The translations under genes and the position numbers were made by a program. This document shows positions 52,326 to 64,000 of a stretch of DNA of 64,000 nt, one piece after another. Numbering within the stretch: position 1 is the first letter of the stretch; each line of letters begins with the position of its first letter. Under the pieces are notes generated by a model that ran no database searches, was not told the origin of the DNA, and saw only the letters and a list, made by a program, of their open reading frames with translations. This stretch comes from Felis catus (lineage: Eukaryota): NCBI RefSeq assembly GCF_018350175.1, contig NC_058368.1, positions 30,258,001-30,322,000 on the forward strand, given 5' to 3'.

Positions 52326-54749
52326 TCAATGTGACAAATTTTGATTGCATCAGAGAAATACAGGAGTAGCAGTGAATATTCATTTACTCATCCATGCATT
52401 CAGTCTCTCCACAGATATGCTTTGAGTGTCTACCAAGTGCCGAGCAGTGTGACTGCTGCTGGAAATATACAATCTCTGTCTTAGAAGGTTCTCAGTCTAG
52501 CGAGGAAGAGGAATGTGCACACGAGAATGTTGGCAGGGCCCCAACCTAGGCTTGCAGAACAGTCTGGGGGAGTCACTGATTGTGGCTAGAAGGGCTGGGA
52601 CTGAGAAGTCACACAGTTCCAGTTCTCTTGAACTGGACCCTGAAGCAGATGTCAGTATGATTGTTTGACTTGTGATTTAAAGGTAACTTTAATATCTATT
52701 ATCTTCCCTTCTTAATATAACTAATTAAAATTTATCACAAGTCACAGCAAGAGAGCAGTTGATAATTGTCTTTCGGGACTTGCTGTAGCTCTAAAGCCTT
52801 ACTGAGAACCCTCCAGAGAACCTTCCTCATGTACGTACAGATGCCTTCCTTCCTGAGCAAGGCACAGAAGCACAGACCTCTCTCTCTCACCTCAATTCCA
52901 TGCATTTTTCATGTCTGCCTTCCTATTGTTGCCAGTGAAAGTAGAGACTTCGTCAGACTCGCTCAGGGGCTTTCAACATTTTATTGACCACAAGCATAGC
53001 AAGAAATAAATTTAAAGTTTCAAAATCCATTGTAGCAATTTGTATTTTTAAAAAAGTTGTTGGTCATGACCAAAATGTTGATTTTATCAATTTGGCTAAT
53101 TCAAAATTTGAATAACACTAGTCTAGACTATTTAAGAAAGTAAAGCCAGTGAGACTGTAAATCACAAAGCATCTTTCTAAACCAAATAGAATTAATTTGG
53201 GAACTGTCATTCTACTTTCCAGGAATTGTGTTTCTCCTGAACAATGGCATCATGAACTCGCCTGTTTTTCTTTGTGTTACCCCCAAGCTCAGTGCCAAAT
53301 TTAGGCTTCATGAGATTCATTTTCTGTGTTATTTTCACCTCTGACTTTTATTTTTCTTCCTTTTTCCTGCAGTTCTGAAGCTGTTTTAAAAAGATCCTGT
53401 TGTATTATTTGTATTTTGTAAGGTGCATTTCCAGCTTTTACCTCAAGATGCAAATAAATAAATAAAATCAATATTGTGCTGCTGCTTTTAGTGCAGACAA
53501 GTGAGCACTGAAAGGCTCTGAATTCTGTATCATGTTTTGAATTGCTTTGTCTGAATTATGCGGATGCTCCTTGCTTTTAATGTGTTTGTACCATCATTCC
53601 ATTGTGACTAGTTCAGGCTCATGCACTTGAATTTCCTTAGTTACAGTGTGAACAGACACTCAGGAAAATGGCATAGAGAACTTGGAAATCTGCACCTCTC
53701 TCCCTAGGCAATGCTATACAGGTAGCTCCATATTTCAACATGTTCTTATGGAACTTTGTGTTCCAATTACCTTTTATTGTAATTCACACGTTGTTATCGT
53801 AGAGATTTTGACAAGAACAAAAGTCTCTAGTGAAAATTTGATGCATTTATACATTTTTAAAAAACCCTAAGCATGCTAATTACTTCCATGATGGCATGTC
53901 GTGTGTATCCCTGAAAAGGAGGTTTGGCACTTTGGAACATGGGTGATGATGTCACTACCCAATGGAAGGGCAGATATTTGCTTATATGCATTACATATGG
54001 TAATTCTGTCCCACATGAAAACAGGCTTTACGCAGCCTAGTGGCGTAATTACCAAAGCCAGAGAAGGAAGACATGTTAACATCGAGGTACTGGCCCAGAA
54101 TAATTCACGGGTGAGAACAGTCACCCGCTTGTCTGGGAGTCTTGTGAGGGCTTCTGTGTTTCACCCATGTTGGTTTCCAAACATAGCACAGATGTTTTTC
54201 AAATGAAGAGGGGCCTAAAACCAAAACATCAGTAGGTTGTGTTGGGTTTATCCATGTACAATACTCATCATATGTGTGAGCACCTGTGCTGATTTCAAAT
54301 TTTTAAGCAAATGTTGTGGGTTTTAAAACATGAATACTAACAAACAGTTCAACAGAAAACAGTGCGTTCGGATGCCTAGCACTGCGTTGACTGAGTGCTT
54401 AAGAATTTTTCAAAAATACACATGCAAGCCATTCCCAGATTTCCCAGCAGATTATTAACTCCTGGAATCAGATCGTGCAAATGGGATATGTTATTCGAGA
54501 CTGAAGGAGACCTGGACAGTTTATCTGTGCCTTTGTTCATCGTATGCCACTCTTACTACCATTATTGTCATGAGCTTTTCTTGCAAAAAGAAGGGAGAAA
54601 AACCTATGCAGCAGTAACAGAGGGATGACGATTGACGTCTCTGCATCCTCCTCCTGCCCCTCTGTCAAAACCCCCATAGCTCTGTTGAGGCTTGCCAATC
54701 TTGTTCACTTCCTCCGCTTCCTCTTATGCTTAGAAAGAAGTTGCTAGAA

Positions 54750-54900
54750 AAAACTCAACAAATATTCATTTACTACCTCCTGGGCACTAGCCATGGTGCT
54801 AACCCTGGGGAAAGAGCATTGAATAAACCAGCACCGTCATGTCCTTCCTGGGGCTTATAGTTCATGAGGGGATGGCCATTAAATAGGGATTTACAAAGGG
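54750..54900 (-). mobile_element. L2 tail fragment
   Basis: actcaacaaatattcatttactacctcc…ccttcctggggcttatagtt. Confidence 0.6.
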
Positions 54901-55956
54901 GATTCGCGCTTCAAAAATTTATTATCCATACTTTATTCTTATCAATCCCAAGACACTGAAATGCTACCGTTTTCTGTTTTGTAAGTCAATATTTTCCAAG
55001 GGGTTCGATTTCTGATGAGTGGCATTTCAATTTCATGACTTGAAGAAATGTCTTAAACCGATGCTCGAATGGTCTCCTGAAGAATCTGCAGGGAGCCCCT
55101 TCTAATGTATGCCACATATAAATTCATATTTTCCTCCCACATTCCTTAGGAACCTTCGTCAGATTGTTTTTTTTCGATATCTGAAAAGAAAATGAGTGTT
55201 GGTTAATTAGAATTCTACATAAAACCCCCACAGAGACTGCGATGACAGTGTTGCCTGCTTTTTGTTTCAGCCTGGTGGATGATGGTCAAAGTTTCTTCCA
55301 CAAAGTTTCTCATGTGTCCCGGATGGCTGGATGCCTTCGCATGGTTGTTATAATTATTTTTTTTTTTCTGTAGAATACGGCACTATAGAAATAGGAATAG
55401 ACAGTAATATATCTGAGAAATGTCTTGCTGGACTATTGCACGTAAAGGGGGAAAAAGGAGCATACGTGTTTTTACAAAAGAATAATTTTCCTTTCAGCTG
55501 AGGATACACAATGAGCTGATTTAATTTTAATGAGTTTTAATCTGTCATTGTCCTTTCTTATGCTTATATAATCCAAATCCACATTCACTGTCTATGTATA
55601 AGACCAGAATGCTTTTCATATATTTTCAAAGGATTAGTTTTCAGAGGAATTCTTCTGTTCCAGAAAAACATCCCTTTGCCCTCTTTTCACCTCTTTTCAC
55701 CTTTTAGGAATGTCAGAGCAGCTATGGCTTTAACAGACTAAAATTTTTAATCAGAAAACTCAAGGTCTCAAGGTAATATTTCCTAGGAAGTCTGAATTTA
55801 TGCTGCAAGTTTTATGATTTACAGTATGTTTGGTATATTAAGGAAGGTTTCTTGTATACACAAATACTTTAAAATATGTGGTAATAAATAGTAATTAGCA
55901 TAATTCTAAACACTAAATATTTTAATCTAGTTTTTTTGGTGTCCTGAGTGATGAAT

Positions 55957-56033
55957 ATTTTTTAAAATTTATTTATTTATTTTTCAGAGAAAGAGAGAGA
56001 GGGGGAGAGAGAGAGGGAGGGAGGGAAAATGAG

Positions 56034-56064
<31 letters not shown>

Positions 56065-56191
56065 ATCCCAAGCAGGCTCTACACTGTCAGTGCAGAGCCT
56101 GAAATGGGGCTCGAACTCGTGAACTGTGAGATCATGACCTGAGCTGAAATCAAGAGTTGAATGCTCAACCAACTGAGCCACCCATGCATCC
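55957..56191 (-). mobile_element. Carnivore SINE (SINEC)
   Basis: Body and head present. TSD ctg(a/g)gtg(a/g)tgaata. Confidence 0.93.
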
Positions 56192-57397
56192 TCTGGGTGG
56201 TGAATAAGAAGGCAGTGATGCCATGATATCCTCTTTGGCTTTACTATGCTTATTTTTACCCACAGATTTCATAAAATGTGTTTTTTCATCTAGTGTGTAT
56301 ACGTGTATGCATGCATATGTCCACGGATCTATATACACACTTCTCAAACATACACAGATATTTACATAACGTTCCCTCTCTTTCATTATGTTTATTTAGG
56401 AGAATTAGTGATATTAGAACAATAAGGCAGTTCAATCATGTGAAATCTCAGATACTCTTAAAATTGAAGGACTATGGAAAATATTGTTTTGCCTGTTTCC
56501 TTTGTTCATTAAAAAGTGATTAACCGTTCTAATGGTACTAAATAAGGGGCAGCACATCAATATTTGGTCTGAAGAATGTTGTATTTAGAGGTAGATGATG
56601 ACAGAAGTTTATTAGAGAAATCAGAATTTAAAGAAACAATTATAGAGGAAAGAAAAGGAATGGATGGGGGCAGAAGGTCAAATTCATACACATTTATTGA
56701 TGTCAGGTTTCCTTTGATTTTGCCATAGGTATACTTACAATGAAGGACAAAGTCTGAAAAAGGAGGAGGGGTAGGGAATATGGAACAAGGGACTAAGAAT
56801 ATGAGAAATATGAGCTGTCAATTCTAATCTTCACTTTGCTCTCCAATAATCTTGTGAATCTAAGCTCTTTAGCCATTTTCCTCTGTAACTTCAGAATGGT
56901 TGAGCCCAAAGACTGTTTTCTTCAGTTATTTTATACACGGTTCCATTACCCAGGATTCCTCTGGTATTAGTTTTCTTCTTAACAGAATATGGAAGGGCCC
57001 TGACGATAGCACGGTGGAGGCAAGTCCATTTGAATTTCCACGCCCCTTCTGGGTCCACCAAGATACCCCATGTCTGTTCCTAGTCTTGAGAAGGAAGGCT
57101 TATTTTTTTCCTGAAAGCAAATAGACACAAGACAGTTTTCTAAGGTATAGAGTAACACTTGGGATTTCTATAGAGGATTTTAGATGTCTCAGCTGGAGTT
57201 GAAAATTGCCAGATTAAGTGTCTACTTTACCAAATTAGATGGTCTAGTCCTGTTTCCTTGGACTACAAGGAGTGATGAAGACTGTTAAACCCTGTAGTTT
57301 GGGACAGACTTGGTATTGGTCTGGAGGAACATCTTGCCCTAAGAGGACTTATGTGGACAGACTTGGCTGGCTTGTCAATCAAAGGAGACCTTAGAAA

Positions 57398-57508
<111 letters not shown>

Positions 57509-58039
57509 AGATTTTTGTTGGTTGTGGCCCCATCTGAAAGAGAAGCCCCCATTTTTTTTGAAAGCTATGGTTTTTAGAATCACCATCAGAGACTACCTAA
57601 AATTGATAAAAATGTTTGGGGCAGAAGAGGGTGCAACCAATGAATGGATAAATAAATAAATAAGGGGCTAAAAGAATAAAGGAATGAAAAAACTAGAAGT
57701 AGTCCGACTTCACTTTATAGATACATTCATCTCTGACCAAATGGATACTTCTCATAAGTGAGTAGTACAACTCAAGTGCCTTTGAAGACAAAGGTTAAGA
57801 AAGAGCTAAGGAATGACTTTAAAGCAAATTTTACTACCAGAGCTTAAATAAACCAAAATGTGGTGACTCTGTTGGAAGAGGTCTTCATGGCACTGAGGGG
57901 GCCGGAAAACTTTTGAGGGTTACCATGTCCTGGATACAGTACATCTGGCTCCACTGTCAACCAGAGCCATCGCTTTTTGTTCATTTTGGGGGGAATCTGT
58001 GAATAGTGAGCTCAGTTAAAACCTCTGGTCACCTCCTGG

Positions 58040-58758
58040 GGACAATCTTGGCCTGCATCCTATACCTGGGGGCATGGGAATCACCTGCCCTGAATAGGAT
58101 GGCATCTCTGAGACCTCTGCTGGAGCATGCAAACCTCAGGGATGGTAGGGGCAGATGGGATCCTTGGGAAAGGAGGAGAGTGAAAAGGAAGATTCTGTGA
58201 TTGACAGTGAAATGGATGAAATGCCTTGCGTCAGCTGACCCGTATTACAAAGTAAAGCAAAAACACAGCAGCAACGACCACAGCCAGCAAGGCAGAGTCC
58301 CCAACTCAGGAAACACTCATAATGGAAGATATATTCCTGCTGAGATTATTGATATAGATGCCAAATTCCAGCAAAAGGCCAGAGAAAGTATCCAGGCATG
58401 ATTAGTACAGCTACGCTATATGGGGCAATGACATTTTAGGGGGCAGGAAGCAGAGAAAATGACCAACATCCCACCCACCCTGGTCCCTGGCAGCACCTGC
58501 ATGGCACTTAGGGGATCCAAGGTAGTCATTCCACTATGGATTGGATTATTCTAGCCTTCAGGGACACTTGCCCCAGTGAAAAGGATCTCTCTAGGTCTGT
58601 GGGATCCTGGAAATGTAGAGGAGGTACAGCAATTCCTAATGGAGTTGGGAACAAATCAGGCCATTTATACCCCTGTCCTTTGAAGGTCCTGACTGAGCCA
58701 CATTCACTGCAGGAATGAAAGCTAAGGTACTCCAGTCTGCTCCCAGCATGTGGTATGG
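58040..58758 (+). pseudogene. gag: ERV gag remnant (ERV-L/HERV-S-type)
   Basis: Frameshifted translation: RWDPWE…*PVLQSKAKTQQQ…YIPAEIIDIDAKFQQKARESIQA*LVQL…GQEAEKMTNI…FEGPD*ATFTAGMKAKVLQSAPSMWYG. Resembles class III gag motifs. Confidence 0.75.
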
Positions 58759-58759
58759 G

Positions 58760-60075
58760 AAAATTGGGTTGTTCTAAAGGGATTAACATTATGGCTTGCA
58801 TAATGGGAAGCCTCCAGGTGGATGATCATGAATAATCCCCTTCTGGGGTCAGGATATGTAAAAAGATATTTGAGTTTGCCTGTAACTGAGGCAGCCCTTA
58901 CTGTCTTCCATGTCCTGGTTCATAGGCACTGACAAACCCTGGTAAATAGGAAGCTGATGTCCTCACTGGGGTATAAGCCCTACCAACAGACCCTTCAGTA
59001 GATACAACAGGTTCAGTGTATAGAAAAGGGCAGCCGCCATAGCATAGCCGCCATAGCATAGGATGTTGGATTTCCTTTGGAATTCGGTGACTTGGTTAAT
59101 GTTCTGAATGTTCTGCATGTTCTAAACGACACTCAAGGCAACTGTCAATGAGTCTGGGACCATCCACTGGAATTATCAAGAATGAGGGACTGGCAAATTC
59201 ATTACAGCGGCCCTTTCCCTTTGAGGGAGGTTCTAAATTTGTCTTGGTTTGTGTGGATACTGCATCTGGTCTAATCCAAGTTTCTCCCCATAACCATGCA
59301 ACCTGGCTACTGCCATTAGGGGATTAGAGAAACTGAGTACCATGTATGGACACCCTCGCTGAATACACAATCATCAGGGGTCACATTTCAAAGATCACAA
59401 TAAGCAAGACTGGGCAAAAGAACATGACATTGAATGGAGGTTCTATCTCTCCTACAACCCACAAGCAGTAACATCGATAGAAAGAAAAAATGGAATATTA
59501 AAGCAGCAGAACCATCTTGGCTGTGTGGACTAACGAACTATCCAGGCTCTAATACCTTTGAATGATCACCAGTAGAACCTGTTGTCCCATATGCCAGACG
59601 GGGGATGCTTGCCAGGACAACCAACACCATGCAAGTATGGAAGTCAAAGGAAACAGCCATTGCCCTGTCTCTCACCATGGATCAATGTGCTGTGCTGCTG
59701 AGAACACCAAGTGGCATCACACCTGGGAAAGGCATTATCTACTGAAATTTGCAGTGGGATGTCCTGCTGAGATGGGTGACTTATTTCCCATCCTTGGGTG
59801 AGGTGAACTGCTCAGTCTCCGTTGGGATCTTGTTGTCTGGCTGCAAACCAGACCTGTTGAAACACACTACACCTGGAATGAAAGATCATTGAAAGAGGGG
59901 ACGAGGTGGGGGTACTGCTTCCCCCAGCTAATATGTATGGTATGCAGACCCAGGTCAAATTCCTAAAGCTGCGGCCACATCAACATCTCAGGATCAGATC
60001 ACAAATGTAATTCTTACAGGAGGAGAAGACTTTCACGTACAAGTTCCTAGTAAACATCTGTCTTTTGGGCCTTAG
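58760..60075 (+). pseudogene. pol: ERV pol remnant: RNase H C-terminus and integrase
   Basis: WVVLKGLTLWLA*WEASRWMIMNNP…GQDM…LTVFHVLVH; WQIHYSGPFP…KFVLVCVDTASGLIQ (59191); NHQGSHF; YNPQAVTSIERKNGILKQQ. Ends VQVPSKHLSFGP*. Confidence 0.88.
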
Positions 60076-61330
60076 ACTCCTGCTGCTCCTGTGCTATCTG
60101 GTCATGGGATGGGCACCTGATGGTAATACCTTTCTATAGTGGGTCCACTGGTATGCATGGCAAAGGAATCAGTCCAACTGTTGGATGTGTGTGCCGTTGT
60201 CCGTTTCTAGCTCATCAGGATTGCCATGATGGGTGTTACCATTCTGGAGAGGGGCTTGGAAGGCCCTAAACATACATTAAGAACAAGCTGTACTAGTACT
60301 CTTAATTTACCTGATATTACCCATACTGACCCAGAAATGTGGCCTGCAGCACACTCTATCAGTAACACTAAGTGCAGGTGTTCTTTTCTCTCCACACTAC
60401 ACAGGCAACCCACCAAACTTCTGCCTGGAAGGAGCCTAAAAATACTACCATAAGAGCCATGGTAGCTCTGCTCAGATCTGGGATAGGTTCATGTAGCTCA
60501 TCCAGTTTATGGGCGTTTGAGCACCCAGGTACCCTTATGCTGGGAACAAAAAAATCACTCGAAACAGAACCAACTCAGTTGAACCAGGAATATGGAATGG
60601 ATATCATTGGAAATGTGGAATCCTTCTTCCACTTTAAAGGAGAGTGAGTAGTTTGGCACTGACTGGTTGTGCTGCCTGGGTGTTTATTGGGTGGCCCCAA
60701 ATGGGACCCAGTGTGTGTGTAGCACAAACCTTTGACTATCGCTTCCACCTGGGTAGTTGGACCACTGCAGCCTGGATTTTTCCTAGGTGTAGGGGAGAAT
60801 CCACCCCATGGAACAAATATTGCAAACCTCTTTCTTAAGGCCAGATGGGCACATTCTGTTTTCTACTGTACGATTATTTGGCTGCTGTCTTTGTCCCCTC
60901 CGTTGGCCTGGAGGACACATAGAAGCTCTTACTAAATTTACCCAGCAAGTCTTAAATGATAGCTGGCAAAACCTGTCTTTATTGAACACTCAAATATCTC
61001 TAGGGAGAAAATCTGTTCTCCAAAATAGGATGACCTTGGACTTTATTACTGCTTCCCATGGAGGCACCTGTGCCATCATCCAAACAGAATGTGTGTTCAT
61101 TACCTGATGAGTGCAAATGTGTATCTTTATTAAATCACACAAGGATACAAGTGAAATGTCCTGACTGATCCAACCCCTAGTCTAGGGTACTTAATAAATC
61201 AGGAGTTTAGACCCGGGATTCTTGGTGGGAAAAATGGTTACTTATTTTGGGAATCATTATCTTAATCTCTGTTTTCTCTTGCATGTGCCTATACTGTCGC
61301 TGTGCTATCTGCTCCCAGTCAGCCGGCTAG
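60005..61330 (+). pseudogene. env: ERV env remnant, gamma-type (HERV-R(b)/PABL-like)
   Basis: Hydrophobic leader LLGLRLLLLLCYLV; NTFL*WVHWYA; CWMC (60179-60190); PLCWEQKNHS; WVAPNGTQ; HIEALTKFTQQVLNDS; ISD LQNRMTLDFITASHGGTCAIIQTEC (61018-61092); TM SWWEKWLLILGIIILISVFSC. Multiple stops and frameshifts. Confidence 0.92.
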
Positions 61331-61404
61331 CTGCCAAATGAGCTGCCTCCCTGCTAATGCAATCCCTTCCTGACTGTTCAGGGCCCACTGCGGAAGAGGG
61401 GGGT

Positions 61405-61753
61405 CATGCAAGATTGTAAGAGCTGGTCACAAGGAGGTCATGGAGAGGCCATGACTGCTGGTTGACCCAATAACAGGACCCAGGGAAACGAGGCTCCTCC
61501 CCCTCCCCTGTCCTTGGAATGTAGTTCCGCTCACTGTGCTCACAGTGGGATGCCTCCTGTATAAACTTTTCAGATTCTGGAAGGTGGTACCAGAATATAC
61601 TCATTTTGAGATGGCCAGATAAACCTTGTGTGCAAGTTCCTTTGCTTATGAAAGCTGCTACCTACCCATCTGGGGTGACTGCCTCTTTCTTTGGCTTCCC
61701 CCTGCCCTCTACAAGAGGAACCGCCAGGGAAGCTCCTGAAGTTTCAACGAACA
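61405..61753 (+). mobile_element. Probable 3' LTR of the ERV
   Basis: Follows env and a purine run (ggaagagggggg). Contains a tataaa-like box and an atgaaa (degenerate polyA) signal, and ends …acgaaCA. Confidence 0.6.
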
Positions 61754-62746
61754 GACTCCTTGAGGTGAAATTTATTTTCTACTTGACACTGTCCCCATTT
61801 GGAATACTGACTTTCTCCTTTTTGTAGAAAAATGGGAATTAAGCAATACAAAAATCTTTAAACTCTCCTTCTTATTAATGAGCAGACTCCTCATCAGGAC
61901 AGACTGCAGTTCCCCAAAGAGAAGGCGGAACAGGAAACGCTTGCTGAATTTACTGTATGTTTATTAGAAAACAGTCACTCAAGGGATACGAATCCTATCA
62001 GCCATGTCGGCATTTGCTCTTGTTCTCTCTTGTTTTGCACCTGCTCCTCCCTGAACGGGATCCTAGGGTCACTAGATGAATTCTTCTGGGACCAGAAGCA
62101 AAAGTGAGAATTTGGTGCTTGAAAAGGATCAAATTCCTAACGAGCCTTATCAAACTTATTAACAAGAAACATGAGCTGTGCTTCTTGGGGACTTGGTGCA
62201 GAATTCTGATTTGGCTCAAGGATGCATTTGCTGAGAGAAATAACTCACAGAAACCAGAGGAGATTTTATTTCCAGAAAGTGTAACTTGGGGTAGAGGAAT
62301 GACCATTCAAATGGAAGCTTCAAGGGATACCAGGTGGTAAAATTAGCAGATGTGAGACTACTGTGGTCCCTGCAGCTCTCCCTTTTATCGGCTTAGAGGT
62401 TATATTGTCCCATATTCGGATTCTTCAACTATTTCCATCTACAAATATTTCTCTAATATATAGTTATCTCTACCATTAGTAATAATTGCTCCTCCAAATC
62501 AAATGAATCCTACCACTAAATAAGTCTTCTAGTTAGCCAAGTTGTGTGTCAAGCCCCACTGCTTTTAGATTTATTGAGCTCTTTATGACCAGTGTGGGGT
62601 AGACTGAATGGTCTACTATGCAATCCTCTGGCTAATACCTCTATAGCTCCCAATCTCTTTAATTCAGTATACGAGTCTTGGTTTTTCCTCAACATGAGTT
62701 AAAATTTCTGTGAATTCTCAAGGTAATTAATTCAACCCTTCCTTCA

Positions 62747-62755
62747 TTTTTCTTT

Positions 62756-62791
<36 letters not shown>

Positions 62792-62800
62792 AAAGAAAAA
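62747..62800. repeat. 54-bp perfect palindrome centred on (AT)13
   Basis: tttttcttttaact-(at)13-agttaaaagaaaaa. Confidence 0.95.
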
Positions 62801-62819
62801 ATATATGGAAACTTCATCA

Positions 62820-63365
62820 AAAAGGAATGAATAGTACAATGATTATCAATAATTTCTACTTGGGTTAATCAATTGTTAAAGCATTTTTACGGTTTTTCCT
62901 TTCTATATAAATATGTATATTTTAATGAACTTCTTGAAAATAAATTGCAGATATTATGACATTCACTCATAAATATTTAGCATTGATCTCTTATAAATAA
63001 AGATGTTTAGCTATTAACCACCATATCATTATCACACAAAGAATTTAATAAGAATCATGTGCTGTTGTTTAATATATAGTCCATTTTCAAATTTCCCCAG
63101 TTGCCCTAAAAATGCCATTCATAGTTTTTTTTTTTAACTTTTTTTTTCTAGGATCTCATCAAATTTCTGGTTGTGCATTTAGTCTTTTTTAATTTAGAAA
63201 ATTTTCTTTCATCTTTTTACTCTGTTTGTTTTCTATGTCAAAGAATTTTTTGAGGATCCAAGCTAGTTATCTTGTAGAATGTTGTTTATCTTGGATTTGT
63301 CTGATTGTTTGCTTATGATTAGAATCAGGTTAGACGTTTGTTTGGCAGAAATATTGCAAAGATGA
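62820..63365 (-). mobile_element. Ancient L1 3' fragment (L1MC-like)
   Basis: gaaaataaattgcagatattatgacattcactcataaatattt…gtccattttcaaatttccccagttgccc. Confidence 0.7.
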
Positions 63366-63366
63366 T

Positions 63367-63745
63367 TGTAGTAGGTTGACTTATTGTTCAAAAATATTTC
63401 ACTACTCTTCTCTTGTCCTTGCCAATATTTCTTAGAGGAGCATATTTCCTACCCAAGTCTTTGTATGTGATTTGCTGAGGCCAGTGGGATGCTAGCAGAT
63501 ATATCATGAGAAGTTGGGCTTGTTCTCTTGTGCTTCTGAGATTAACATGAAAAAAAAAGAACATTTTCAATTTCAGAAAATTGTGTGATGTATAGACCTG
63601 ACCTGAAACCACAGCCTGAAGCCAAGTCTTGCCTGGATCAGTAGAACCTCAGCTAATGTGCAGATGTGTAAGCAAATAGTTTATTTGTTGTCTGCCATTG
63701 AAATTTTATGGTAGCATGTTATACAAACAAGCTAAATGAGACAGC
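63367..63745 (+). mobile_element. MaLR LTR (MLT1H-like)
   Basis: tgtagtaggttg…atgtgatttgctgaggccagtgggatg…gggcttgttctcttgtgcttctg…gccattgaaattttatggt. Confidence 0.7.
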
Positions 63746-63759
63746 AGTCATGTTGAATT

Positions 63760-64000
63760 TTCTTTTTAAGGTCATAAAAAACACACAACAGGAGATCTAG
63801 CCCCTTAATTTATTAAGATACAGTATTATTAACTATATCCACATTATTGTACAACAGATATCTAGAACTTTTTCATCTTGAGTAATTGGAACTCTATACC
63901 CATTGAACAGCAGCTCCCGATTTTTCTCTTGCCTTAGCACTTGGCCACCACCATTCCACTTGCTGCTTCTATGAGTTTGACTAGTGTAGACACCTCTTGT
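63760..64000 (-). mobile_element. L1MA-type 3' end (runs off the window)
   Basis: atacagtattattaactata…tgtacaacagatatctagaactt…aactctatacccattgaacagcagctcc…ccaccattccacttgctgcttctatgagtttgact. Confidence 0.85.

Larger units (their letters stand above)
58000..61753 (+). mobile_element. Decayed endogenous retrovirus: class III (ERV-L/HERV-S-like) gag and pol remnants, gamma-type env, 3' LTR
   Basis: Collinear gag, RNase H C-terminus, integrase, env (CXXC, ISD, TM) and LTR-like 3' end. 5' boundary uncertain. Confidence 0.9.

Noticed and set aside
1414..56386. Numerous ORFs with RERERE, SLSLSL or VCVCVC content
   Set aside because: Translations of SINE (CT/GA)n tracts and microsatellites.
60005..61330. 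env as a domesticated syncytin-like gene
   Set aside because: Many in-frame stops and frameshifts, and one Cys of CX6CC is lost. The longest env-frame remnant is under 100 aa.

Overview
Mammalian genomic DNA, almost certainly felid (cat family), judged from about 15 tRNA-derived carnivore SINEs of the SINEC_Fc type. I found no recognisable host protein-coding exon, RNA gene or CpG-island promoter. The window looks like part of a large intron or gene desert: MIR, L2, MaLR/MLT and hAT fossils, microsatellites, and several repeat-free blocks that may be conserved enhancers. The ORF track is almost entirely noise; the exceptions are an L1 ORF2 C-terminus (35715-35927) and endogenous-retrovirus fragments. 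The most informative object is a decayed endogenous retrovirus at about 58000-61753 (+). It has a class III (ERV-L/HERV-S-like) gag and integrase joined to a class I gamma-type env resembling the HERV-R(b)/PABL group. An internal deletion fuses mid-gag to the end of RNase H, so protease and RT are missing. There is a 3' LTR but no visible 5' LTR, and all frames are dead. Smaller points are two SINEs stacked at one target site with a triplicated TSD, a strong CTCF-like site near a G4 tract, a 54-bp perfect AT palindrome, and weak exon candidates. I see no convincing new biological system. Repeat family names come from my recollection of consensus sequences, not from a database search, and boundaries of old repeats are approximate.
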